Shown in pieces: positions 1 through 9,156 of a DNA stretch of 64,000 nt. A program made the translations under genes and the position numbers. A model generated the notes under the pieces. That model was not told where the DNA came from. It searched no databases and saw only the letters and a list, made by a program, of their open reading frames with translations. How positions within the stretch are numbered: position 1 is the first letter of the stretch; each line of letters starts with the position of its first letter. Source of the DNA: an uncultured Hyphomicrobiales bacterium (lineage in GTDB: Bacteria > Bacteroidota > Ignavibacteria > Kapaibacteriales > UBA2268); the NCBI GenBank assembly GCA_964606895.1, contig CAZSHX010000008.1, positions 17,816 through 81,815 of the forward strand. Reading direction: 5' to 3'.

Positions 1-1509
1 CAGCAAAAAATGGAGTTACTCAACGAACAAAATGAAGTAAATAAAACTGATGAGTTAATCGAACTTCTGGAATCAGGAAAAAATCTTTCTTTGATTTCAG
101 ATTGCGGTACTCCGGTTTTTGCCGACCCCGGACTTAAACTTGTTCAATCTGCAATCAAGAAAAATCTGAAAATAGTTGTCGTCCCCGGACCAACCAGCAT
201 CATGACGGGTTTAGTTCGCTGTGGCTTTACGTTGGACCAGTTTCTTTATGCAGGATTTCTGAGCAGGATGAAAAAAGACAGAGCCGCTCAGCTTACCCGA
301 CTCAAAGATGAAGCAAAAACGGTTGTAATCCTCGAAACTCCATATCGAATTATGCCATTGCTTGAAGCGGCAAAAGTTATCATGCCCGACAGGAATGCCT
401 ATATCGGATGCAATCTGACGATGACTTTCGAAACAAACCACTACGGAACATTCGCAGAACTTCACGAAAAATTTTCTACTTTCAAATTCAAAGGTGAGTT
501 TGTCGTTATCTTCGAAGGTGCTACAATGGAAGACCAAAGCCAACCTGAAGTTGACCTTACTAAATATCTTAATGATGAAGATGAGGATGAGTCAACTCAG
601 CCAATGGACAGCTACAATCCGAAATATGTCAAACGTGAAGGCTCGTCTTATGCTCCAAGAGGCAAATCTTACGGGTCTGGTTCAGGAACCGGTTCCGACA
701 GAAAAAGCACAGGATATGCCGGCGGAAGTGGAAGTGGCGGCGGTTACAAGCGTGAGGGCGGCGGCGGTTACGACAAACCAAGACCTTACAATAAAGACAG
801 AGGCGAAGGTTCCGGTGGCGGCTACAAACGCGAAGGCGGAAACAGCTATGATAAACCAAGAAGTTATGGTAGTAGCGACAGACCAAGCGGTGGCGGTGGA
901 TACAAACGTGAAGGTGGCGGTGGTTTTGACAAACCAAGACCCTACAATAAAGACAGAGGAGAAGGCTCCGGTGCTGGCGGTTACAAACGCGAAGGCGGCA
1001 GTAGCTATGACAGACCCAAAAGCTACGGAACCGGCGACAGACCAAGTGGCGGCGGCTTCAAACGTGAAGGCGGCGGCGGTTACGACAAACCAAGACCTTA
1101 CAACAAGGACAGAGGCGAAGGTTCCGGTGGTGGTTTCAAACGTGAGGGTGGTAGCGGCTACGATAAACCAAGAAATTATGGTAGTAGCGACAGACCAAGC
1201 GGCGGCGGTTTCAAACGTGAAGGCGGAAGCAGTTACGACAAACCACGGACATATTCAAAAGACAGAAGTGAGGGAAGTACCGGCGGCTACAAACGTGACG
1301 GCGGTTTCGATAAACCCAGAACTTACTCAAATGAAAGAACCGATTCGGGCGAAAGAAATTTCAACTCGGATAATGATTTTAATAAAGGTAGCGATTCAGA
1401 AAATAAACCAAGACAATACACCAGAAGAACTTCTGATTCTCCCAGACCTGTCGGCAGACCCAGAAAGACTTCTGATACAAATAAAGGTCCAACAAAACGG
1501 AGGTATTAA
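1..1509 (+). CDS. rsmI: RsmI-like 16S rRNA 2'-O-methyltransferase (tetrapyrrole-methylase fold), 5' end outside the window, fused to a long low-complexity C-terminal repeat tail
   Basis: The frame is open from nt 1 (cag caa aaa atg). The motifs SDCGTPVFADPG, VVVPGPTSI and ILETPYRI match the central and C-terminal part of RsmI-type methylases, so about 70-80 N-terminal residues should lie upstream. Residues after about aa 207 are a Gly/Tyr/Lys/Arg repeat. Confidence 0.7.
   Translation, partial: QQKMELLNEQNEVNKTDELIELLESGKNLSLISDCGTPVFADPGLKLVQSAIKKNLKIVVVPGPTSIMTGLVRCGFTLDQFLYAGFLSRMKKDRAAQLTRLKDEAKTVVILETPYRIMPLLEAAKVIMPDRNAYIGCNLTMTFETNHYGTFAELHEKFSTFKFKGEFVVIFEGATMEDQSQPEVDLTKYLNDEDEDESTQPMDSYNPKYVKREGSSYAPRGKSYGSGSGTGSDRKSTGYAGGSGSGGGYKREGGGGYDKPRPYNKDRGEGSGGGYKREGGNSYDKPRSYGSSDRPSGGGGYKREGGGGFDKPRPYNKDRGEGSGAGGYKREGGSSYDRPKSYGTGDRPSGGGFKREGGGGYDKPRPYNKDRGEGSGGGFKREGGSGYDKPRNYGSSDRPSGGGFKREGGSSYDKPRTYSKDRSEGSTGGYKRDGGFDKPRTYSNERTDSGERNFNSDNDFNKGSDSENKPRQYTRRTSDSPRPVGRPRKTSDTNKGPTKRRY
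628..1329 (+). repeat. In-frame tandem repeat with about 9 copies of a ~25-aa unit (Y/F)KREGGxx(Y/F)DKPRxY, in two alternating linker types
   Basis: Read directly from the translation: YKREGGGGYDKPRPYNKDRGEGSG alternates with YKREGGNSYDKPRSYGSSDRPSG. The nucleotide repeats are imperfect. Two long alternative-frame ORFs (494..1636 +, 629..1045 -) are by-products of the repeat. Confidence 0.85.
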
Positions 1510-3665
1510 TGAAAGTTTTTTATTCTTTTTCTTTGCTTGTTTTAGTTTTTATTTTAAGTACATTCTATTCGAATTCCCAATTGCCAAGAGCTATTGGAAC
1601 AAAAGACCTTGCAGTGCAGTGCTGGGCTACTGTTGAAACCAGCCCTCCGGCAATCACACTGCATTGGAAAACAACGGATTTGACAAAACAGTTCCAAATT
1701 TCAAGAAAACTCCCATCAGAAACTGCATGGGAATTAGTTGCTACCTTTACAGATAATCTAACAACATCTTACAAAGATGAAAATGTAGCTGTAGGTGAGC
1801 CTTGGGAATACGAAATTTCGACTTATTCAATTGGGGCTTATAGTGTTAAAGTAAATGGAAAAGATACAATTGTGGCAATGGGCTTCAATGGCTACGGTTA
1901 TCTTTATTCAGGCATTGAAATTCCTCCAGTGGAAAATAATGGTAAAGTCATTCTGCTTATTGATGAAACTCTGAAAGATGCCGTTCCCCAGGAAATTAAC
2001 ACACTTGAAGAAGATTTGAATGCCGAAGGATGGGGTGTTGTACGCAAATATGTACCAAGAAGTGAAAAATTCGATAGTGCTAATGTTATCAACAACAAGG
2101 CTTTAATAGTTGAAGAATACAACAAGGACCCATTGAACCTTAGTGCTGTTTTCATTTTGGGAAGAGTAGCCGTACCATATTCCGGCAACTTCAATAATGG
2201 TTCCGCATTTCTTGATGCACATCCAGACCATAAAGGTGCTTGGCCCGCTGATTTATATTATGGATTCATGAATGAAGCTTTTTGGACAGATCAATCTGTT
2301 AACGAAGTTTCGGCCTCCAGAAAAGAAAACTGGAATAAACCCTATGATGGGAAATTTGACCTTTCTACTTTCAACTCAGGTTCTGTAGATTTAATGGTCG
2401 GAAGGGTTGATTTTGCAGACATGCCTGCATTTTTCGATGCGGCGGCTCCATATAAAAAATCAGAAATTGAACTTATTAAAAACTATCTGGATAAAGACCA
2501 CAACTATCGTACAGGTCAAACTCCTGTTATTTACCGTGGTTTAATCGGTGATGGATTCGGAATGTATGGAGAAGGATTTGCAGGTAGCGGATGGCGTAGC
2601 TTGATGGCTATTCTCAGTCCCGACAGTGTTAGAAGCGGAAATTATTTCACCACATTGGGCACTGAAAACTATCTTTGGGCTTACGGATGCGGTGGTGGTT
2701 CTTATACAAGTTGCGGAACAATCGGCACTACAACAGATTTCGTTCAAAAGCCGGTAAATGCAACCTTCAGTTTGCTTTTTGGTTCTTACTTCGGCGACTG
2801 GGATTCGCAGAACAATTTCCTTAGAGCAAGTATCGCTTCATCCCCTTATACTTTGACTTGCGGCTGGAGCGGAAGACCTCACTGGTATATGCACCACATG
2901 GGAATGGGTCTTCCGGTAGGATATTCTGCAAGAGCAACCCAAAACAATTATACTACATATAAGCCAAATGCTTTTTATTATACTCAGAACCCGCAAATTC
3001 AAGCGGCTGGTATTAAATCTACAGCAATTGCATTAATGGGGGACCCAACTCTGAAAATGTACAGCGGAACAGTTAAACCTCCAAAGAACCTTTCCGTAAT
3101 TCAGCCACCGGGTTACCCGATTGAAGTTACTTGGGAAGATTCAGATGATGCAGATATTGCAGGATACAACATTTACCGCTCGAACGAAAAATTTGGAGTT
3201 TATACAAAAATAAATTCTGATTTGATTAAAGTTCAGAGAAAATTTATTGACACAAATCTTTACGAAGGTTCACTGTATTATATGGTTAAAGCTGTTAAAC
3301 TTCAGCAAACCAATTCAGGTTCTTTCTATAACACAAGTTCAGGATTGAGGAAACTCATTTTGGCTACTTCAGTGAAAGACAATAAAGACTTTACATTCGA
3401 ATTTTCCTGCTCGCCGAATCCGGCAAAGGAATTTGTAAATATTTCCCTGACTCTCGAATCGAATTCACCTGTCAACTTATCAATTTTCGATGTTACCGGT
3501 AATCTGGTTAAAAATATTATTACACGTGATTTGGGTGCCGGAAGTCAGGAATTAGTATGGAATCTTACAGATAGCCGCGATACTAAGGTTTCTTCCGGTA
3601 TTTATCTGATTAAATTAGTTCACGGAGAACAGGTACACGTTCAAAAAGTCGTTGTAATGCCCTGA
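1509..3665 (+). CDS. Secreted protein of unknown function with a T9SS C-terminal sorting domain
   Basis: The ATG overlaps the upstream stop (TAATG). It has an N-terminal hydrophobic signal sequence (FSLLVLVFILSTFYS). The last ~85 aa fit the T9SS CTD pattern (SPNPAKEFVNISL...SIFDVTGNLV...GIYLIKLVHGEQVHVQKVVVMP). Confidence 0.6.
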   Translation: MKVFYSFSLLVLVFILSTFYSNSQLPRAIGTKDLAVQCWATVETSPPAITLHWKTTDLTKQFQISRKLPSETAWELVATFTDNLTTSYKDENVAVGEPWEYEISTYSIGAYSVKVNGKDTIVAMGFNGYGYLYSGIEIPPVENNGKVILLIDETLKDAVPQEINTLEEDLNAEGWGVVRKYVPRSEKFDSANVINNKALIVEEYNKDPLNLSAVFILGRVAVPYSGNFNNGSAFLDAHPDHKGAWPADLYYGFMNEAFWTDQSVNEVSASRKENWNKPYDGKFDLSTFNSGSVDLMVGRVDFADMPAFFDAAAPYKKSEIELIKNYLDKDHNYRTGQTPVIYRGLIGDGFGMYGEGFAGSGWRSLMAILSPDSVRSGNYFTTLGTENYLWAYGCGGGSYTSCGTIGTTTDFVQKPVNATFSLLFGSYFGDWDSQNNFLRASIASSPYTLTCGWSGRPHWYMHHMGMGLPVGYSARATQNNYTTYKPNAFYYTQNPQIQAAGIKSTAIALMGDPTLKMYSGTVKPPKNLSVIQPPGYPIEVTWEDSDDADIAGYNIYRSNEKFGVYTKINSDLIKVQRKFIDTNLYEGSLYYMVKAVKLQQTNSGSFYNTSSGLRKLILATSVKDNKDFTFEFSCSPNPAKEFVNISLTLESNSPVNLSIFDVTGNLVKNIITRDLGAGSQELVWNLTDSRDTKVSSGIYLIKLVHGEQVHVQKVVVMP

Positions 3666-3677
3666 TGGATTGATTAA

Positions 3678-4394
3678 ATGATTTCAATCAACTTTCATAG
3701 CAAAAAAAAACAAAAAGGCACAGGACCTGGTTCTGTGCCTTTCCTTTTATACTTTAAACTGAGAATTCTATTTGTTTTTTTTGTTGTTTCTTTCTTCCCA
3801 ATTTTTTCCCTTCATTCAGCAGAAACCAAATCTGAAAAAAGCGAAACCAATACGGCTTTCCTCTTTTCTTTGAAAAGTTTATTCACCCCTGAATCCGATT
3901 TTAATGGCGGAGTTGGTTTGCAATTCTATATTAAAAAAGATTTTGCTTTACGATTAAATTTTGGATTTGACTATTCTTCCGAAACGAGAAATAAACCATT
4001 GAATACTGAAAACGACTGGGTCTTTTCATCAAGCACAATCGAATTTATTCCGGCAATCAGGAAAGACTTTCTGAGCGAAGATAAAATTAAGATATATTCC
4101 GGTATTTGTGCAATTGTTTCTTATTCCGTTGACAACGAAACAGGTAGGGATTACAAGAATATTGATGTTGCAACCTCGAAAACAGGCTATGGCGGAGGTT
4201 TTTTCCTCGGGGCTGATTGGTTCCCCGTTAAGAACTTCAGTCTTGGTGCCGAATACCGGATGATTGCCAAAGGTACTTCAGGTTCTGTTGAAACAACCGA
4301 CGGTACCAATATACAAACGGACAAATCACCTTCTAAATTCAGCATCAATCTTAATGCTTCAAATATAAACTTCATCCTTGCTTATCATTTTTAG
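3678..4394 (+). CDS. Putative outer-membrane beta-barrel protein (start codon uncertain)
   Basis: A hydrophobic leader (ILFVFFVVSFFPIFSLHSAE) begins about 25 aa after the annotated ATG. The body shows an alternating amphipathic pattern. The C-terminus ends in aromatic F (ILAYHF), as in many OM barrels. Confidence 0.5.
   Translation: MISINFHSKKKQKGTGPGSVPFLLYFKLRILFVFFVVSFFPIFSLHSAETKSEKSETNTAFLFSLKSLFTPESDFNGGVGLQFYIKKDFALRLNFGFDYSSETRNKPLNTENDWVFSSSTIEFIPAIRKDFLSEDKIKIYSGICAIVSYSVDNETGRDYKNIDVATSKTGYGGGFFLGADWFPVKNFSLGAEYRMIAKGTSGSVETTDGTNIQTDKSPSKFSINLNASNINFILAYHF
3714..3749 (+). terminator. Candidate Rho-independent terminator hairpin after the 1509..3665 gene
   Basis: A 10-bp stem pairs aaaggcacag (3714-3723) with ctgtgccttt (3733-3742). 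The loop is 9 nt, with an A-run upstream and ccttttat downstream. It lies inside the 5' end of the ORF-track model 3678..4394. Confidence 0.45.
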
Positions 4395-4665
4395 TTTCTC
4401 CTATTTTTACAATAAAAATACGTATACAATCTTTCGAATCAATATTTGCTTATAAAAAAATATATTCCGTGGTTGCAAAATGTTGTATCGAGTTTATATT
4501 GTAATCATAGTAATTTAGAATTCAATTGAAGCTTCCAAACATTTTCATTATAGCAATTATCCTTTATTAATAGGCGATTACCTTGAAAGGAATTATTCGG
4601 TAAATGAGTGTTTCAGACAAAATATTTCCTGAATTTAATGGGGCTCGGTAAGTAAGAAATGAAAT

Positions 4666-7029
4666 TTATTCAGCAATCAAAATCGGAAGAAAAAATCCGT
4701 TTTCTTCATAATTTACCCTGATTAGATAATAACCGCTTTTTATTCCTGAAATATCAAATTGAAACTCTCCCGAATTCGTAGTTATATTATCAGCTTCGGA
4801 AGAACTGTTATTGCTTTTGAAATTCAACGGTACTCTTTGCCCCAGAATATTTTGCAATTCAATAGTTGCATGATTTGGGTCTATCGGGTTCTCGCTTTCG
4901 AATTCATAAGGAATGCTTAACAAAGCAGAAGTTGGATTTGGGAATGGTTTACCGACTGAGAAAGTATATTTTTTTGCAATTGACCTTGTTTTATAAACAA
5001 GAATTACATTGCACGAAGAGCTTGCTATATATAGATTTCCTAAACCGAATCCCTTTAAAATTACTCTATGGGGCCAGCAGTTATCTTCAATAATGACTGT
5101 GTCGGTAAGCTTTCCAAGTTTGTTTGGCGAAAAGCAAACCTGAATATCTCTGGACTGTCCGGGAGCCAATCTAAATGAAAATTGGGACTGTGGAAATGAA
5201 AAGGAAGTATTGAACGACAGGCGAATATCATCAATAAACACATCTCTCCATCCAACATTTGCAATGTTAAAATTCCTGCATTTTAATTCAGTGTAAATCA
5301 ATGAATCGAAATCGAAAGAACCCGCAGACAAAGATGCTGTTATTGCTATTGAATTGGTATCGGCACGGAAAGTGACATCAACAGAATCGGAAATCCCGGT
5401 ACAGCCCTCAGCAGTAAATACCTGCAAAACATATCTGCCTGTTTGCCGAACGGTAATTTCTTTTTTCCCTGTCAGAACCGGATTTGGGTCAGGTACGATG
5501 AACCACTTATATTGAGCATAGTCTTTTGATGAGTATAGGACCAACGAATCCCCAACACAGCGAACCTGCCCTCTGGCAAGGATTTCAGGCTTTGGATTTG
5601 GATAAACATTTATGGTGATTTCAGCTTTAGCCGGGCAATTATTGCTGTCAATGATATCAACAGTATATTTACCTGATTTTTTGACAACTATTTGTTTAGA
5701 TTTGTCACCTGTTGACCAGATGTAACTAAGATAATCTTTTTCAAGAGAAAGTAAAGCTGAATCACCTTCACAAAATGCTATATTATTAATTGCCTGAATT
5801 TTCGGTTCGGACTTCGGATGCTGACGAATTGTATATGTTGCTTCAAATGAAGTATCACATAATGAATTATATGTTTTAAGGATATATTTGCCCGGTTTGC
5901 TAACTGTTATCGAACGGGTGGAGTCTCCGGTTGACCAAAAATAATAAGTGTATTCATACCTTGAATTAAGAACTGTCATTGCTCCGTCACAAAGAATTGA
6001 ATCACCGAGAACTTCAATGACGGGTTTTGTGGAATCGCTTAAGGACATTTTCCATATTCCTGTCCCTACGGCGAATCCGGTTGTATCGTCAATGAACCAG
6101 ATATCATCAAGAGTTGAAGGAGGCTCAATACCGCAGTTCTTCATCTCCCAAGAATCACCCCCATCGGAAGTGTAGAATAACGACCTGCTCCATCCGGCTG
6201 TCCATCCTCTGAGTGAATCAATCAAAAAGGCTCCGAACATCGCCGCACCGGTACTGAATTGTTTCCATGTTTTGCCGTTATCCCTTGAAAAGCGTACACC
6301 TCCGGCATCACCGCCTGTACATGGCGGAGAATAAGGAACCATAAATGAATTGCCAAAATGTGCAATTTGTTCCTGCCAGTCATTTTTGCCACTGACTGAA
6401 TAAATCTCCCAGGTTAAACCTCCGTTGATGGTACGCCAAAGCAAACCACTGCTTGTTGCATAGCCCAAACCATCGCCGGAGAGCAAAAGAACGTGAGTTA
6501 ATCCGGAACTAAGAACATTTTCTCCAAAAAGATACCATGATTTTCCGCCATTTGTCGTTCGGAAAAATTGCTGAGGAGAGTCACATCCACCACCAACAAC
6601 AATTCCCGTATCTGGACTGCAAAAATAATTTCCCCAAAGTTCACTTGCACGCGGGTCAGTAACGTCGAACCAAGAAGCACCTCCGTCTGTGGTTTTGAAA
6701 ATTTTGCCTGAACCGGATGTATAGCCAATGTTTTCAGTAGCAAACCGAATGCACTCAAGTTGAAGGTTATTGTTGGAATCGGCGACGATTTTTGTTCCAC
6801 GCCATGTTTTTCCCATATCGGTTGTTCGTATAACGTTGCCTTGCCATCCGCAAACCCAACCGAAATTTGTATTGGACTTTAGAAAAAATATATCAAGCCA
6901 TGAACCTCTGTCGAACGGAGGAGGAATATTTTTCAGCTTTTTCCATTGAACCGATGATTCTACAGGCGAAAATGCCAGAAAAATAAAGGCTATACTATAT
7001 ATGAATATTGTTATTTTAAACTTCATCAA
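4666..7029 (-). CDS. BNR/Asp-box beta-propeller protein (Ycf48/sialidase-like fold) with Ig-like repeats and a T9SS C-terminal sorting domain
   Basis: It has a signal peptide and five Asp-box-like motifs (TTDGGASW, TTNGGKSW, TINGGLTW, SRDNGKTW, TSDGGDSW). Repeated ~85-aa Cys-containing Ig-like segments follow. The C-terminal CTD pattern is FPNPTSALLSIPY...GYYLIRVNYEENGFFLPILIAE. Confidence 0.65.
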   Translation of the reverse strand: MMKFKITIFIYSIAFIFLAFSPVESSVQWKKLKNIPPPFDRGSWLDIFFLKSNTNFGWVCGWQGNVIRTTDMGKTWRGTKIVADSNNNLQLECIRFATENIGYTSGSGKIFKTTDGGASWFDVTDPRASELWGNYFCSPDTGIVVGGGCDSPQQFFRTTNGGKSWYLFGENVLSSGLTHVLLLSGDGLGYATSSGLLWRTINGGLTWEIYSVSGKNDWQEQIAHFGNSFMVPYSPPCTGGDAGGVRFSRDNGKTWKQFSTGAAMFGAFLIDSLRGWTAGWSRSLFYTSDGGDSWEMKNCGIEPPSTLDDIWFIDDTTGFAVGTGIWKMSLSDSTKPVIEVLGDSILCDGAMTVLNSRYEYTYYFWSTGDSTRSITVSKPGKYILKTYNSLCDTSFEATYTIRQHPKSEPKIQAINNIAFCEGDSALLSLEKDYLSYIWSTGDKSKQIVVKKSGKYTVDIIDSNNCPAKAEITINVYPNPKPEILARGQVRCVGDSLVLYSSKDYAQYKWFIVPDPNPVLTGKKEITVRQTGRYVLQVFTAEGCTGISDSVDVTFRADTNSIAITASLSAGSFDFDSLIYTELKCRNFNIANVGWRDVFIDDIRLSFNTSFSFPQSQFSFRLAPGQSRDIQVCFSPNKLGKLTDTVIIEDNCWPHRVILKGFGLGNLYIASSSCNVILVYKTRSIAKKYTFSVGKPFPNPTSALLSIPYEFESENPIDPNHATIELQNILGQRVPLNFKSNNSSSEADNITTNSGEFQFDISGIKSGYYLIRVNYEENGFFLPILIAE

Positions 7030-7457
7030 TTTCCTTTTGTCCCGAAAAACAAAAATTTTTGGCTTATCAAATTATTTGCCATTTTTATGAACAAATTTCT
7101 TTCATTCTGCTAATCTGTTGATATAGAAAAACTTATTTTTCAAAACTATTTCACTGATTGTTAATATAGTGTTAACAATCTGTTAACTATTCTATTTTTA
7201 TAATATTTAAATTTTCCAAGAAAAAAAAGTTTCATTTTGAAAATATTGTTCTTGTCTGTTTAAAAAAAATTCTTGAATTTGATGTCAATAAAATTTCAAG
7301 TTTTAAAAAATCTATTTTTCTAATTAATACTTTTATATGCAAAATTTATTTTAAGTAAGAAGGTATTTTTGTCTTTACTTTAGAATAAGAATGTAGAAAG
7401 GCTGAATGAAATTTTATCGTAAGTTATTAATAAACATTATAAATAAAGGAGTTACCG
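7030..7457. promoter_or_regulatory. Very AT-rich dnaA upstream region; candidate dnaA promoter and possible replication-origin unwinding region
   Basis: This is 428 nt of non-coding sequence with long A/T runs directly upstream of dnaA. A 9-bp inverted repeat pairs gattgttaa (7156-7164) with ttaacaatc (7172-7180). I did not find canonical TTATCCACA DnaA boxes by eye. Confidence 0.3.
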
Positions 7458-8948
7458 GTGTTTAAAACAAACAATCCTGAAACCGTAGATTTGTTTTCTC
7501 AGGCTGATAGCCGAAAGGTTTCGGAAAAAAAGGATGCCGATAAGTTTTCTGATAGCGGAAATGCTGAGCTTCATTGGAATAAATGCCTTAATATCATAAA
7601 GGACAATGTTTCGACCCAAGTATTCAGAACTTGGTTCGAACCACTGAAAGCTATTTCAATCGAAGATTCGAAACTTTCCGTCAGAGTACCCAGCTACTTT
7701 TTCTGTGAATGGATTGAGGAGCATTTCGCACCTTTACTTCAGAAGACACTACAACAAGTGATTGGTGAGAATGCAAGACTGCAATATGATGTCGTTGTGG
7801 ACGACAACGGTGATTCGCTCGAAAAGAGGACAATCACTTTGCCGGGCTTTAAAAACGGAAGTCAGAAGAAACAAACGTCGTTGCCTTTTGCTCATAATCC
7901 TATTGCAGTTCAGGAGTTTCCATCTTTCCTGAATCCTCGCTATACTTTCGACGGCTTTATCCGCGGCGAGAGCAATCAGCTTGCAAGTTCAGCGGCTATG
8001 GCTGTCAGCCAGAATCCCGGAGGGACACGGTTTAATCCTCTTTTGTTTTATGGAGATACAGGAATCGGGAAAACCCATCTTGCTCAGGCAATCGGGAATT
8101 TTATCTGTCAGAAGAACAGAAAATCAAGAGTTCTCTACACAACAAGCGAGAGCTTTACAATGGAATTTGTTAACGCTATTCAGAACAATAAGACAAATGA
8201 ATTCATCAGCTTTTACAGAAGCATTGACGTTCTGATTGTTGATGATATTCAGTTTTTTGCAGGAAAAGAAAAAACACAGGATAATTTCTTTCATACTTTC
8301 AATGCACTTCATCAGGCAGGCAAACAAATTATTCTTACGAGCGATCGTCCGCCAAGAAGTCTTTCCGATGTTGACGACAGACTTATTTCCAGGTTCCAAT
8401 GGGGTTTGACTGTTGACATTCAGCGACCCGACCTTGAAATGAGAATGGCAATTCTTCAGAAGAAAAGTTTGGACGAAGGCTGGGAGCTTCCGATGGATAT
8501 CATCGAATTCATTGCAAAAAATGTTACCCATAGTGTTCGTCAGCTTGAAGGAATATTAATCAGTTTAACAGCAAAAGTTACTCTCGACAGACGAGAAATG
8601 AATCTTGAATTAGCCAAGGAAGTTGTTTTCGGCGTTGCTAATAACCAGCCGAAAATTCTGACAATAGATGATATCAAGGAAGCAGTTTCAGTTTATTACA
8701 ACATTCCGCTTACCGATATTGAATCCAAGAACAGAAAGCATGAGATAACACTTGCCAGACAAATGTGTATTTATATTGCCAAACAGCTGACTCAGCTCTC
8801 TCTGAAAAGTATAGGTTCAAATTTTGGCGGAAGAGACCACTCTACCGTTCTTCATTCGTGCCAGACTATTGAGAACTATCTTGTCACCGACCGTTCGGTT
8901 AAGCATGCTTACGAAGCTTTAATGAAGAAACTAAAAACGAATTCTTAG
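7458..8948 (+). CDS. dnaA: Chromosomal replication initiator DnaA (GTG start)
   Basis: Walker A is GDTGIGKTHL and Walker B is LIVDDIQF. The C-terminal DNA-binding helix region is RKHEITLARQMCIYIAKQLT...GGRDHSTVLHS. An AAGGAG-like SD (aaaggag) lies upstream of the GTG. Confidence 0.95.
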   Translation: MFKTNNPETVDLFSQADSRKVSEKKDADKFSDSGNAELHWNKCLNIIKDNVSTQVFRTWFEPLKAISIEDSKLSVRVPSYFFCEWIEEHFAPLLQKTLQQVIGENARLQYDVVVDDNGDSLEKRTITLPGFKNGSQKKQTSLPFAHNPIAVQEFPSFLNPRYTFDGFIRGESNQLASSAAMAVSQNPGGTRFNPLLFYGDTGIGKTHLAQAIGNFICQKNRKSRVLYTTSESFTMEFVNAIQNNKTNEFISFYRSIDVLIVDDIQFFAGKEKTQDNFFHTFNALHQAGKQIILTSDRPPRSLSDVDDRLISRFQWGLTVDIQRPDLEMRMAILQKKSLDEGWELPMDIIEFIAKNVTHSVRQLEGILISLTAKVTLDRREMNLELAKEVVFGVANNQPKILTIDDIKEAVSVYYNIPLTDIESKNRKHEITLARQMCIYIAKQLTQLSLKSIGSNFGGRDHSTVLHSCQTIENYLVTDRSVKHAYEALMKKLKTNS

Positions 8949-8989
8949 ATTTCAATCTTCGATTGAACACTTAACTTGATGAATAACAG

Positions 8990-9039
8990 AATGCCCTCTT
9001 GATTCGGTAAATAAACCAAAACTCAAGAGGGCATTTTTG
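8990..9039. terminator. Bidirectional Rho-independent terminator between convergent dnaA and the protease gene
   Basis: A perfect 12-bp stem pairs atgccctcttga (8991-9002) with tcaagagggcat (9023-9034), followed by ttttt. The sequence is homologous to the hairpin at 13809-13858. Confidence 0.7.
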
Positions 9040-9156
9040 CATTCTTCAGGAATTTGCGAAAAGTTTATATTTTTTCCCTAAAAATTAGAATAGAATATGT
9101 TTTTTAAAAAATCGGAAATCCGATATAGTCAGATATCCTGCTCCAGCCTTTTACCT

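Noticed and set aside
494-1636. 380-aa + strand ORF and 138-aa - strand ORF (629..1045) overlapping the rsmI-like repeat tail
   Set aside because: Both are alternative-frame read-throughs of the GC-rich tandem repeat, giving Ala/Val/Thr-rich or Cys/Arg-rich nonsense. They have no start context and overlap a frame that continues a recognisable RsmI domain.
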